Under the pieces are notes generated by a model, which was not told where the DNA came from, made no database searches, and worked only from the letters and a program-made list of their open reading frames with translations. A DNA stretch of 64,000 nucleotides, from assembly GCA_963769025.1 (NCBI GenBank), contig CAVYKI010000012.1, forward strand, positions 352,001 through 416,000, read 5' to 3'. A program made the translations under genes and the position numbers. The stretch comes from an uncultured Verrucomicrobiae bacterium (GTDB lineage: Bacteria; Verrucomicrobiota; Verrucomicrobiia; Chthoniobacterales; Chthoniobacteraceae). Shown here piece after piece: positions 11,426 through 22,200 of the stretch. The first letter of the stretch is position 1. Every line of letters begins with the position of its first letter.

Positions 11426-11826
11426 GGCGAGGTGCAGCTTGGACTAAAGGGTTCCGGAGCGAGGCGGCTGGCAGGAGCGGCGCTGGCGCCTGCGCTGAAA
11501 ATTACCCGAAAGCCGCAGGCAGGAGATCCGTGCTGGTTCCGCGCGCAGAAGTCGAACTTCGGTACCGGATTCCAGCGGGGTTCAACAGAGGGCACAAACG
11601 GGAGAAAAATCGGGAAGGAATGAATATTGGGAGCCGGTTGAATGGCTCATTACGGTTTTGTCAGGGTTACGCAAGCGGTTTTCCATTCGGCGTGGCAAGA
11701 CGCAGCCCCACGTGCTCATCGAACGACTGGGACGCCGCACATCCGCCCAAAGCGCGCGGCGAAAAATCGCATTGACGGCACCACGCGTGCCACCAAAACT
11801 CGCGACCGTGAGCGACTCAACCACCC

Positions 11827-12225
11827 ATGAAAATTAACCGTCGTTCGTTCATCGGACTAGGCTCGCTCGCGGCCTGTGGAACTGCGCTCAACGTCCCCTT
11901 GCCCGCCGCGGTCACGCCGCATCCATTCCCTGGCGCGGCCCCGCTTTGCGCGGGTGGCGAGGCAGTGCTCGCGTATGTGCGCAGCTACACCGCGAATTTC
12001 CGCATCGTCAATGCATCGCAACCCGGCACGGACGGAAGGCACAGACTGCATCTGGTGACGGAACTGGCGGACGTGGAACATTGGCCCGCAGCGATGGCGC
12101 AGGTACCGTTCGCGAAGGTCCGCGCGGGCGGCAACACACTGGCCTTTGCGATCGACGGACTGGACGTGACGATCGAAAACCTCCCGCCCGAGGCCTTCGC
12201 CCACCGGCTGACTCTCCCCGCTTAG
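11827..12225 (+). CDS. Small hypothetical protein with twin-arginine (Tat)-like signal
   Basis: N-terminus MKINRRSFIGLGSLAAC; 132 aa; no family recognised. Confidence 0.65.
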   Translation: MKINRRSFIGLGSLAACGTALNVPLPAAVTPHPFPGAAPLCAGGEAVLAYVRSYTANFRIVNASQPGTDGRHRLHLVTELADVEHWPAAMAQVPFAKVRAGGNTLAFAIDGLDVTIENLPPEAFAHRLTLPA

Positions 12226-12532
12226 TCCTCGCAGGCTTCTCACTTTCGCGGTCAAAACGCCTCGTCCCGCGAAGAGCGCCCGCAACCGTCTCCTCCGCCG
12301 CAGCAGATTCCCGGGGCGACGCGTAGTGAAATCGAATGCAGGCACCCGAATGGAATCTGAGCGACGCCAGATAGCACACTAGCGACGGCGCCCGCCGGCT
12401 CGCGGCGATTTTCCGGGGATATTTGAGACAAGTAGTTTCATTTTTTTTGTTGCCTGCCTTTTCCCGCATAGCATAGGCTCCGGCGCGTCGGCAGTTTTTC
12501 GGCAGACTAGGTCAACTCAACCCATTCCCACC

Positions 12533-13045
12533 ATGGCAGAACCCTTCCTCGCAGAAATCCGCATCATGTCTTTCAATTTCGCCCCGAAAGGCTGGGCGAT
12601 GTGCAACGGGCAACTGCTGCCCATCAACCAAAACCAGGCGCTCTTCTCGCTGCTTGGCACCACCTTCGGCGGCGACGGGCGGGTCAACTTCGGCCTGCCT
12701 GACCTGCGCGGGCGCACGCCGATCCACGTCGGCAGCGGTCACACGCTCGGCGAGCGCGGCGGCGAGCAGGCGCACACGCTTTCCGTCGCGGAACTGCCGA
12801 ACCACACGCATGTAGCGCAGGCCAACAATTCGGCGGCTGGGACGGCCGATCCGACGAACGCGTTCTTGGCCCAACCGCCAGCGGCATTGGGATCGATCTA
12901 CACCACGACGTTGAATCCTTTGGTCGCGATGAATCCGGCAGCGGTGACGACCGTAGGTGGCAGCCAGGCACACCTCAACATGCAGCCGTTCCTGACGCTC
13001 ACCTTCTGCATCGCCCTGCAAGGCATCTTCCCATCACCCAACTGA
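12533..13045 (+). CDS. Phage tail-collar domain protein (microcystin-dependent protein MdpB-like), paralogue 1
   Basis: EIRIMSFNFAPKGWAMCNGQLLPINQNQALFSLLGTTFGGDG..FGLPDLRGR collar motif; HTH (HxH) motif; C-terminal NMQPFL..FCIALQGIFPS. Confidence 0.93.
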   Translation: MAEPFLAEIRIMSFNFAPKGWAMCNGQLLPINQNQALFSLLGTTFGGDGRVNFGLPDLRGRTPIHVGSGHTLGERGGEQAHTLSVAELPNHTHVAQANNSAAGTADPTNAFLAQPPAALGSIYTTTLNPLVAMNPAAVTTVGGSQAHLNMQPFLTLTFCIALQGIFPSPN

Positions 13046-13054
13046 TTCACGCAT

Positions 13055-13555
13055 ATGGCACAACCTTACGTCGGCGAAATTCGGATGTTTGCGGGCAACT
13101 TCGCTCCCGCGGGCTGGATGTTCTGCGCAGGCCAGCTCCTGCCGATCTCGGAAAACGAGACGCTCTTCAACCTCATCGGCACGACCTACGGCGGCGACGG
13201 CCAATCGACCTTCGCTCTGCCCGACCTCCGTGGCCGACTGCCCATCCATCAAGGCGACGGGTTCATTCTCGCCGAAACCGGTGGAGCGGAAGAAATCACG
13301 CTGACGGTCAATCAGATTGCAGCGCACAGCCACGCGTTCCTTGCTTCGAGCGGCACGGCGGGCACGGGGAGTCCTCAAGGCGCGGTTTTGGCCCAGCCGA
13401 CGGCCAGCATCTACAACTCGGGGACGAATCCGGTGAACATGGCTGCGCAGGCAATCTCCCAGGTTGGCGGCAGCCAGCCGCACAGCAACTTCCAGCCTTA
13501 CCTCTGCGTGAATTTCATCATCTCGCTCTTCGGCATTTTCCCTTCGCCGACCTAG
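13055..13555 (+). CDS. Phage tail-collar domain protein, paralogue 2
   Basis: YVGEIRMFAGNFAPAGWMFCAGQLL...FALPDLRGR; HSH motif; C-terminal HSNFQPYLCVNFIISLFGIFPS. Confidence 0.93.
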   Translation: MAQPYVGEIRMFAGNFAPAGWMFCAGQLLPISENETLFNLIGTTYGGDGQSTFALPDLRGRLPIHQGDGFILAETGGAEEITLTVNQIAAHSHAFLASSGTAGTGSPQGAVLAQPTASIYNSGTNPVNMAAQAISQVGGSQPHSNFQPYLCVNFIISLFGIFPSPT

Positions 13556-13606
13556 CCTCGGGCTTGCCGCAACCTCTTCACTGTCACCTTCCACTCTTAA
13601 CTTCCC

Positions 13607-14134
13607 ATGGCCGATCCATTCGTCGCAGAAATCCGCATCTTCCCGTTCAACTTTGCGCCCAAGGGCTGGGCGTGGTGCGACGGGCAGCTCCTGCCGCTCT
13701 CGCAAAACACCGCACTCTTCTCCCTGCTCGGCACCACTTACGGAGGCAATGGCAAATCGAACTTCGCACTGCCCAATCTGCAAGGCCGCGCGCCGATGCA
13801 TCCGGGACAAGGGCCGGGCCTTTCGCTGCACGACCTCGGTGAGACCGGCGGGTCGGAAATTGTGACTCTCCTGGAATCGGCAATCCCGTTGCACACGCAT
13901 GCGATGCGGGCTTCCAGCGATGTAGCGGATAACAACGTGACAGCCGGCAAAATGCCGGCAAAGCCGCTTGGGCGCGGCAACACCTTGTTCGTCACCACGG
14001 CCTCGCCGCTGGTCTCGATGGCGGACGTGGCGTTGGCGCCCGCGGGCGGCAATCAACCGCACAACAACCTGCAGCCATTCCTCACGTTCTACTTCTGCAT
14101 CGCGCTGCAAGGAGTCTTCCCGCCCCGGAGCTAA
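13607..14134 (+). CDS. Phage tail-collar domain protein, paralogue 3
   Basis: FVAEIRIFPFNFAPKGWAWCDGQLL...FALPNLQGR; HTH motif; C-terminal HNNLQPFL..FCIALQGVFPPR. Confidence 0.93.
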   Translation: MADPFVAEIRIFPFNFAPKGWAWCDGQLLPLSQNTALFSLLGTTYGGNGKSNFALPNLQGRAPMHPGQGPGLSLHDLGETGGSEIVTLLESAIPLHTHAMRASSDVADNNVTAGKMPAKPLGRGNTLFVTTASPLVSMADVALAPAGGNQPHNNLQPFLTFYFCIALQGVFPPRS

Positions 14135-14140
14135 AGGTTC

Positions 14141-14743
14141 GTGCAGGCAGTTGCCGGATATTTTCGCTCCGAAGTGCCGGCAGGCAGGTCGGGCGCGTGG
14201 GCGATCGAGAAGGTCGTCATCCCTGAACGTGATTACGATCCCGCGGCCGATCCGCGGCCCGAGTGCTTCAAGTTTCGGCCTGGACCTTACACGTGCCTCA
14301 GCCGCGGCTCGACGCAGTTCATGACGGACCTCTACGACGAGTGGTGGACGCAGCGCAGTGCGATCGCGGAGGCGGAAGCGCGCGGTGGTGAGATTTTGAT
14401 CACCGGGCTCGGCCTCGGTCTCGTTGCCGAAGCCATGCTGCATTCGACCCGGAGCAGGATCACCCGGATCACCATCGTTGAATTCTCCAGCGACGTAATC
14501 CGGTTGGTGGCGCCGTTCCTTGCCTCGCGCTATTCGGACAAGATCGAGATCATCCACGCTGACGCCTTCGACTGGAGACCGCCCGCCGGACAGCGTTTCA
14601 CCGTGGGCTGGCATGACATCTGGCCAGATCCTAATGCGCCGGAAAATGCAGAAGAAATGGAAAAACTCGGGGCACACCATCGTTCCTGGTGCGATTGGCA
14701 AGGCTATTGGCCGAAGGAATACCTCGAAGCACTAGCCGGCTAA
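14141..14743 (+). CDS. SAM-dependent class I methyltransferase (spermidine-synthase-like fold)
   Basis: Motif I ILITGLGLG, acidic ITIVE, IIHADAFDW and WHDIW; GTG start 6 nt after the previous stop. Confidence 0.8.
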   Translation: MQAVAGYFRSEVPAGRSGAWAIEKVVIPERDYDPAADPRPECFKFRPGPYTCLSRGSTQFMTDLYDEWWTQRSAIAEAEARGGEILITGLGLGLVAEAMLHSTRSRITRITIVEFSSDVIRLVAPFLASRYSDKIEIIHADAFDWRPPAGQRFTVGWHDIWPDPNAPENAEEMEKLGAHHRSWCDWQGYWPKEYLEALAG

Positions 14744-14867
14744 TCCCCATGCGAACTGGGATGCTTCCGTGATTCCGAAGACTCACTGCGATCTGACGGT
14801 ACGCATGCCATCACCGGCAGGGTTGCGCCGGCCCGCCGTTGCATGACGGCGTGCGCGAACCCGGGAA

Positions 14868-15359
14868 ATGATCACCTTCCGCCCATCCAGCGATGCAGAC
14901 CGCGAATTTCTCCAAGCGGTATATGCAGGCACGCGCGCGGAGGAGCTGGCGGTCACGCGCTGGAGCGAGCACGAGAAGGCGCGGTTTTGCCAGCAGCAGT
15001 TCGCTGCGCAGGACGCGCACTACCGCCAGCATTATCCCGCCGCGACGTTTTCAGTGATCGAGCGGGATGGGTGGCCGATAGGGCGGCTGTACGTGGATCG
15101 TTCGGAGCAGGAGATCCGCATCATGGATATCGCGCTTCTGCCCGAGCACCGCGGCGCCGGGATCGGGACCAAGCTGCTGCGCGAATTGCAGGAGGAAGCC
15201 CGGAGCGCGCGCAAGGCCCTGAGCATCCATGTGGAGAAATTCAACCCGGCGCTTCGTCTCTACGAGCGGCTGGGCTTTTGCACGAGGGAGGACAAGGGCG
15301 TCTATCTCCTGATGGAGTGGCGCGGAAATGCGGACTGCGGAGCGCGGAATGCGGAATGA
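14868..15359 (+). CDS. GNAT family N-acetyltransferase
   Basis: DIALLPEHRGAGIGT acetyl-CoA motif A; NPALRLYERLGF motif B. Confidence 0.92.
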   Translation: MITFRPSSDADREFLQAVYAGTRAEELAVTRWSEHEKARFCQQQFAAQDAHYRQHYPAATFSVIERDGWPIGRLYVDRSEQEIRIMDIALLPEHRGAGIGTKLLRELQEEARSARKALSIHVEKFNPALRLYERLGFCTREDKGVYLLMEWRGNADCGARNAE

Positions 15360-15404
15360 ATTCGCGGCTGCGCCTTTGCCCCTCCGCACGCCAGACTCCG
15401 CATT
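15328..15404. repeat. Heptamer-based (xxGCGGA / TCCGCxx) imperfect inverted repeat between convergent genes
   Basis: Left arm atgcgga-ctgcgga-gcgcgga-atgcgga; right arm ctccgca-cgccaga-ctccgca. Confidence 0.6.
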
Positions 15405-15410
15405 TGCCGT

Positions 15411-15710
15411 TCAGTTGAAGATGGCCTCGAAGTGCGAGGCGGTGGCGTCGGCTGCGACTTGGACGAGGAAGATTTCCATGGCCCCGAGTGCGGCATTTTC
15501 GAGGCGATAGATCCCTTGCGGGAGCCGGAGCGCCGGGGCGCCGTGGAAGGTCAGTGCGAAGGGGGCACGGGGCGCGCCGGGATAGGCGGCGCCGAGCGGA
15601 CGGACTTCCGCGAGCGTGAGGGCGATGGGGCCTGCGGCGGAGGGCAGTTCAAACGTCTGGCCCACGCAGGGCGCGAACTGGGCATGGGCGGCGATGGCGA
15701 GATCGAGCAT
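15411..15710 (-). CDS. DUF6916-like small protein
   Basis: F..CVGQTF, R.PFALTF.G, LPQGIY.LE...LG.MEIFLV, and C-terminal FEAIFN; this pattern is typical of the small genes beside tail-collar triplets. Confidence 0.8.
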   Translation of the reverse strand: MLDLAIAAHAQFAPCVGQTFELPSAAGPIALTLAEVRPLGAAYPGAPRAPFALTFHGAPALRLPQGIYRLENAALGAMEIFLVQVAADATASHFEAIFN

Positions 15711-16207
15711 CGCGAAAATGTCGGGAGACGGCGGACAAATGTCGAATCCCGAATCTCATCCGGGACGTGCCCGCGGCAGGACGGGGGATGCCAGGCTCGC
15801 GCGGACCGATCCATCACGCGCCGGGGCCGTGCGACGAAGTTCCCCTTCCCGCGTTCCGGCAGCGGCGCGACTCGGTCGGCATCCGGTCCCGGCGCCCGAT
15901 CCCCGATAGCCCGACCGGATAGCAGCCATTGAGCGACGCGATGGTTTTCGGGCGGTTTTCACCTTGCCTCCGGCGACCAAAAAGCAATGCTCCCGCGCAT
16001 GGAAATGCGGACCTTCAGATCGCGCGCGCTGATGCCTCGGAACCGCGTGGGCGGCTTCTCCGGAGAATGCGCTTTGCGTCCCGTCCGGGACCTGCTGCGG
16101 GTCCGCATCGCGCGCGGGCCGGAACCCCTTTGAGCCGCCGCAATCCCGTGCCTTTCAGTCTTTCCTGCCTATCAAATCCCATCACCGTCAACACCCGTTC
16201 ACCGCTC

Positions 16208-19200
16208 ATGAAACGCCTGCGCCTCATCTCACTTCGCGTCCAACTCTCGTGGTTGCTCCTCCCGGTCCTCCTGCTTGCCACCGCGGGCCGGAGCGCAGCC
16301 GCGCCGACTGTCACCGCGACTAAGGACGACGGCGTCACGTCCGCGAGAAAGGCGGGCGACGTGGTCACCTACACGAACACGATTTCGAACACGGCGGCCC
16401 CGGCTGGGGGAGGCGTCAACGATGCGACGGGCGTGCAGTTTGCCGATCCGGACGTGGCGCACATGCCCTACGTCGTGAATTCGCTCAAGGCGACGCCGGT
16501 GGCCATCGACGACACGTATCCCGCCACGGTCCTCGCCAACACGGGCATCAACACCGCGACGAGCACGGGCTTCAGCGTGGTGACGAATGATTTCAAGGGT
16601 TACCTGGCCGGCGCGGCGGTCGCAGTGGGGGATGTCGCCCTCACGGTTTCAGCATTCGATGCCCTGACGACGGGAGGCGGCACCGTGGTCATGACCACCA
16701 GCGGCGCGAACGTCGGGAAGTTCACCTACACGCCCGCACCGGGTTTCACCGGGACGGACACGTTCACCTACACCATCGACAACACCGCGGGCGGAACTTT
16801 GGTCAGCCGGACGGCGACCGTGAGCATTCCGGTCGGCGGGCCCGTGATTTGGTATGTCAACAACACGGCTGGGCCCGGCAACGGGACGCTCGGATCGCCC
16901 TTCAATACCCTCGCGGCGTTCCAGGCGCTCAACAACGGCATGGGCAACAATCCCGCCGCAGGCCACTTTGTGTTCCTCTATGAAAGCGCGGTGGCCTACG
17001 TGGGCCCCGTCACCCTGCTCAGCAACCAAAAGATCCTCGGGCAGGACGCCACGGCGAGTTTGACTGCCATCACAGGAGCCATGCCTCCGGGGGATATCAC
17101 TACCGCGCTTCCCGCCATGAACAGCGGCAACGCCACGATCACGAAAATCACCAGCGCCGGCAACGCGATCAATTTGAACGGTGCCGGAACCACGAATCTC
17201 GTCCGCGGCCTCACGGTTGGGAACACGACGGGGATTGGCATTTCGGGCACGGGCTTCGGCACTTTGACGGTTGCGGACACGAGCCTCGCGGACACCGGCA
17301 CACGCACGGGGCAGGCATTGAATCTAATCACGGGCACCGTGAGCGGAACCATCGACAACCTCGTGTCGAGCAGCGCCGCCAATGGGGTGTTCCTGACCAG
17401 CATCGGCGGATCACTGACCATCACTGCCGGGTCGCTGAGCGCTCTCACTGGCGACGACTTCACCATCAACGGCGGCACCGGGAGCATCAGCTACGGCGGC
17501 ACGATTACAAACAGCACCCTACGCTCCGTCCTCGTCCTCAACAAGACCGCCGGCACCATCACTTTCGGCGGCCTGATCACCGACACCGCCGGCAGCACGG
17601 GCATCGGCCTCGACACGAACACCGGCGCGACCATCAACTTCACCGGCGGCATGAGCCTCACCACCGGCGCGAACGTGGCATTCACTGCGACCAACGGCGG
17701 CACGGTGACGGCCACGCAGAACAACACGACCATCGTCAACACGATCACGACCACTACGGCCGCGGCGCTCAATGTGACGAACACAACCATCGGCGCGGGC
17801 GGGCTCACCTTCCGCAGCATCAACAAGAACGGAGGGACCAATCTCGCGGTCAGCCTCGCGAATACGGGCGCGGGCTTCTTTACGGTCACCGGCACGGGCA
17901 CGACGGCGGGCACGGGTGGCACGATCGAGAACATCAGCGGGATCGACGCCATCCGCCTCGATAACACTGACGGGCTGGTGACGCTCCAAAACATGATCAT
18001 CGAGGACATCACGCACCCGAACGACGCGGCGACCGCCAGCGACAGCCGCAGCGGCGTGGACGCGATCCACGGCCAGCAGGTGGATGGCGGCCTCACCTTG
18101 AACAACGTCACGATCCGCCGCATCAGCGACAGCGGCATCAATGGAACGCTGTTCGCGACCGGCTTGGCGACCGTCTTCAACGGGCTGACCATCATCAATT
18201 CCACCTTCGAGGACACGAACCGCTTCAGCGTGGTGAACCGGGCGGATGCCACCGATGAGGGCGCCGTCCACATCCTGGGGCTCCGGGGGACCGTGTCCAT
18301 CACCGGCAGCCTCTTCCAGCGCGTCGGCCATGGGCTCAACATCCAGACCGACACGAGCGGCACGCTCGACATGACGGTGCAGGGCAGCAGCTTCCTCGAG
18401 GTCAACAAGGAGATGCCGAGCGAGGCGTTGAAGCGCGTCGGCCTCTTCGGCATCGACATCCTGCAGGTCGGCTCGCTCTCCTCCGCCATCCGCATCGGCG
18501 ATCCCGCCGAAGCCAGTGGGGCGCTCGGCAATATCTTCACGAACAACGCCCTCGCCTCGATCCGCGTCATCGCCGAGAACACTTCGACGGGCAATCTCAA
18601 CACGGTCATCTCGCGCAACACGTTCACCGTCACCGACCACTCCTCGCCGGGGACCTTGCCGGGGAGCATGGTCTTCGACTTCCCGCAGGGCGGCGTGCTG
18701 TTGCGGGCGCGCGGCACGGGCAATTTTGAGTCCATCTTCTCGCGCAACACACTAACCGAGGTGATGCACGCCGACGGCGGTCTCGGCCAGCTTACCATCC
18801 TGGCCGAACGGGGGACTTCTGAATACATCGTCCGCAACAACACCTTCTCGCTGGCGTGGGATGCGCCCGTCGAAATCAGGGCCGATGGCAATGCGGCACC
18901 GGGTGCGGTGACCGCGCTGGTGCAGTTCACGGGCAACACCTACATCGATGGTCCTGTGGGTGGCCCGACCGACGACCTCGGGGCGGCGTTCCAATCGCCG
19001 TATGTCCCGCTTTACATCCAGGCACGAAATGGCGGCCGGCTCGACCTCACGATGCAGAATGAGGCCACGCCACTGCCGCTCAATGACCCCGCTTCCGGCT
19101 TCCCGGAATCCTTCTACGCTCAAACGACCGCCAACCCGAGCGACATCATCAACTTGTTCCTCCAGAATATCCAGTCGCCCCGTGGTTTCCGACTGAACAA

Positions 19201-22200
19201 CAATGCCGGCTCCACGTTCAACCTGTTCCGCAACGGCTCGGCGGGCGCGACGCCGCAATTGGTCCTCCAGGACAACGGCAACCGTGGTGGCGCCGGGGTC
19301 GATACGACCAACCCGCCCGCCGTCGTGACGAGTGGCACCATCACGCTCTCAAACACCACACCCACGCTGCCGGTCGTCGCGGCGCCGCTCCTTTTTGCGC
19401 CGGGCGGCATCGAGAAGGCCCACGGCACCGCGCTTTCGATTGCGGCCGCAGACATTTCGGGGCCGCTTGCGAAGTTGGGCGGGCAGACCACAAACGGCGT
19501 TGCGGGCGATACGCTGACGCAGGCCCCCGCCGCTCCCGCCGTGCTCACGCAGGCGCAGCTCGATGGCGTCGTGTCCGCGGCGATGGCGCGCTGGGAGGCG
19601 ACGGGATTGACGAAGGAGCAGGCCGCGCTGCTGCGCGAAGTCACCTTTGAAGTCGCCGATCTGCCGGGCTGGTATCTCGGCGAGGCGGCGGGCCACCGCA
19701 TCCGCGTGGACAACAACGCCGGCGGCCACGGCTGGCACATGGACGCCAGCCCGGAGAGCGACGCGCTCTTCGGCACGATCGTCTCCCCGACGCGCCGCTA
19801 CACCGATCCCGCGAGCGCACCCGCCGGGCGCATTGATTTGCTCACCACGATCCTCCACGAGTTCGGCCACGCGCTGGGCCTCGAGGATTCCTACCTCGCG
19901 CAGGACCGCGAGAGCATCATGTTTGGCCAGCTCACCAAGGGCGAACGCCGCCTCCCTGCCACCGGCCAGGCCGTCGGCGCGCACCCGCATGACCATGGCG
20001 TCTCGCACTTCCTCGTCGCCCCGCTGAACCCGATCACCGTCGGCACGCTGCCTCCGGGGAAGAGCGTGATCATCACCTACAACGTGCAGGTGGAAACGCC
20101 GATCACCCCGGATACGACCATGCAGACGAGCAGCCAGGGCACGGTGAGCGGCACCAATTTCGCCAATGTGCTCACGGATGATACCACCTTGCCCGGCGGC
20201 GCGGCGGACCCGACGGTGACGCTCCTCGCCCCGCCGCCGAAGGTGACCAACGTCACTTCCACGGCCGCTAATGGCAGCTACACGGTCGCGGCCATCATCC
20301 CGGTGACAGTGACCTTCACAAGTGCGGTGACCGTGACCGGCACCCCGCAGCTCACGCTGGAAACCGGGGCGACCGACCGCGTCGTGAACTACTCCAGCGG
20401 CAGCGGGTCCAACACGCTGACCTTCAGCTACACCGTGCAGGCCGGAGACACCTCCGCCGATCTGGATTATACCGGCACCGGCGCGCTCGCGTTCAATGGC
20501 GGCACCATCATGGATGCCCCGGGCAACGACGCGATCCTCACCCTTCCCGCCCCGGCGGCGGCCGGCTCGCTCGGCGCCAACAAGGCCATCGTGATCGACA
20601 CGACCGCGCCGACGGTGACGAACGTCACTTCGACCAGTGCGGATGGCACCTATGTTCGTCGGCAATGTCATCCCCGTCACGGTGACGTTTAGCGAAGCCG
20701 TAACCGTGACCGGCACCCCGCAGCTCACGCTGGAAACGGGCGCCACCGACCAGGTCGTGAACTACGCCAGCGGCAGCGGCACCACCACGCTGACCTTCAA
20801 CTACACCGTCCAGTCCGGCGATGTCTCCGCCGATCTCGACTACATCAGCACCACCGCGCTCGCGCTCAATGGCGGCACCATCCGGGACGCGGCGCTCAAT
20901 GACGCCACCCTCACCCTCGCGGCGCCGGGTGCCGCGGGCTCCCTCGGGGCCAACAAGGCCATCGTCATCGACGGCGTGGCTCCGACGGTGACTAACGTCA
21001 CGTCCACGAACGCCAACGGCACCTACACCCTCGGCGCCCTCATCCCGATCACGGTGACCTTCTCCGAAGCGGTCATCGTGGACACGGCAGGCGGCACCCC
21101 GCAGATCACGCTCGAGACCGGGGCCACCGACCGCACCGTGGGCTACGCCAGCGGAAGCGGCACCACCACGCTGACGTTCAACTACACCGTCCAGACGGGC
21201 GATCTCTCCGCTGATCTCGACTACATCAGCACCACCGCCCTCGCGCTCAACGGCGGGAGCATCAAGGACGCCGCGGGCAACAACGCCACGCTCACCTTGG
21301 CTTCTCCGGGAGCGGCCGGATCCCTTGGGTTCAACAAGAACCTGGTGGTGGACGGCACAGCCCCCACAGTGACCGCCGTCTCCTCCACGAGCGCCAACGG
21401 CAGCTACCCCGCGGGCACTCTCATCCCCGTCACCGTGACGTTCTCGAGTCCCGTGAATGTGACCGGCACGCCGCAGCTCACGCTGGAAACCGGCGTCACC
21501 GACCGCGTGCTCAACTACGCCAGCGGCACCGGCACCGCGACGCTCACGTTCAACTACACGGTCCAGGCGGGCGACACCTCCGCCGATCTCGATTACGTGG
21601 GCACCACGGCGCTCGCGCTCAATGGGGGGACGATCAAGAACGGCACTGGCACGGACGCGGTCCTCACGCTGCCCGCTCCGGGAGCGGCCGGCTCGCTCGG
21701 GGCCAACAAGGACATCGTGATCGATACCACCGCGCCGACGGTGAGCGGCGTCTCTTCCACGAGCGCCAACGGTGCTTACGCCGTCGGTGCTCTCATCCCG
21801 GTGACCGTGACCTTCTCCGAGGCCGTGACCGTGACCGGCACCCCGCAGCTCACGCTCGAAACGGGCGCCGTGGACCGCGTCATCAACTACGCCAGCGGCA
21901 GCGGCAGCGCCACGCTGACCTTCAACTACACCGTCCAGGCGGGCGATGCCTCCGCGGATCTCGACTATCAGAGCACGACTGCGCTCGCGCTCAATGGCGG
22001 CACCATCAAGGACGCCGCAACCAACGACGCAACCCTCACCCTTGCCGCTCCCGGCGCCGCGACTTCGCTCGGCGCGAACAAGGACATCGTGATCGACGGC
22101 GTCGCGCCCACGGTGACCAACGTCACCTCCACCAGCGCCAACGGCAGCTACGCCATCGGCGCGATCATCCCGGTCACCGTGACCCTCTCCGAGGCCGTGA

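Noticed and set aside
152..11623. Many long plus-strand ORFs (e.g. 152-2050, 9647-11623)
   Set aside because: Antisense shadows of the giant minus-strand gene; high GC suppresses stops and the translations lack motifs.
12533..14134. Prophage or tailocin
   Set aside because: No capsid, terminase, sheath, tube, baseplate, lysis or integrase genes in the window.
15929..16207. Upstream extension of the adhesin ORF
   Set aside because: The signal peptide begins at ATG 16208; the upstream translation looks non-coding.
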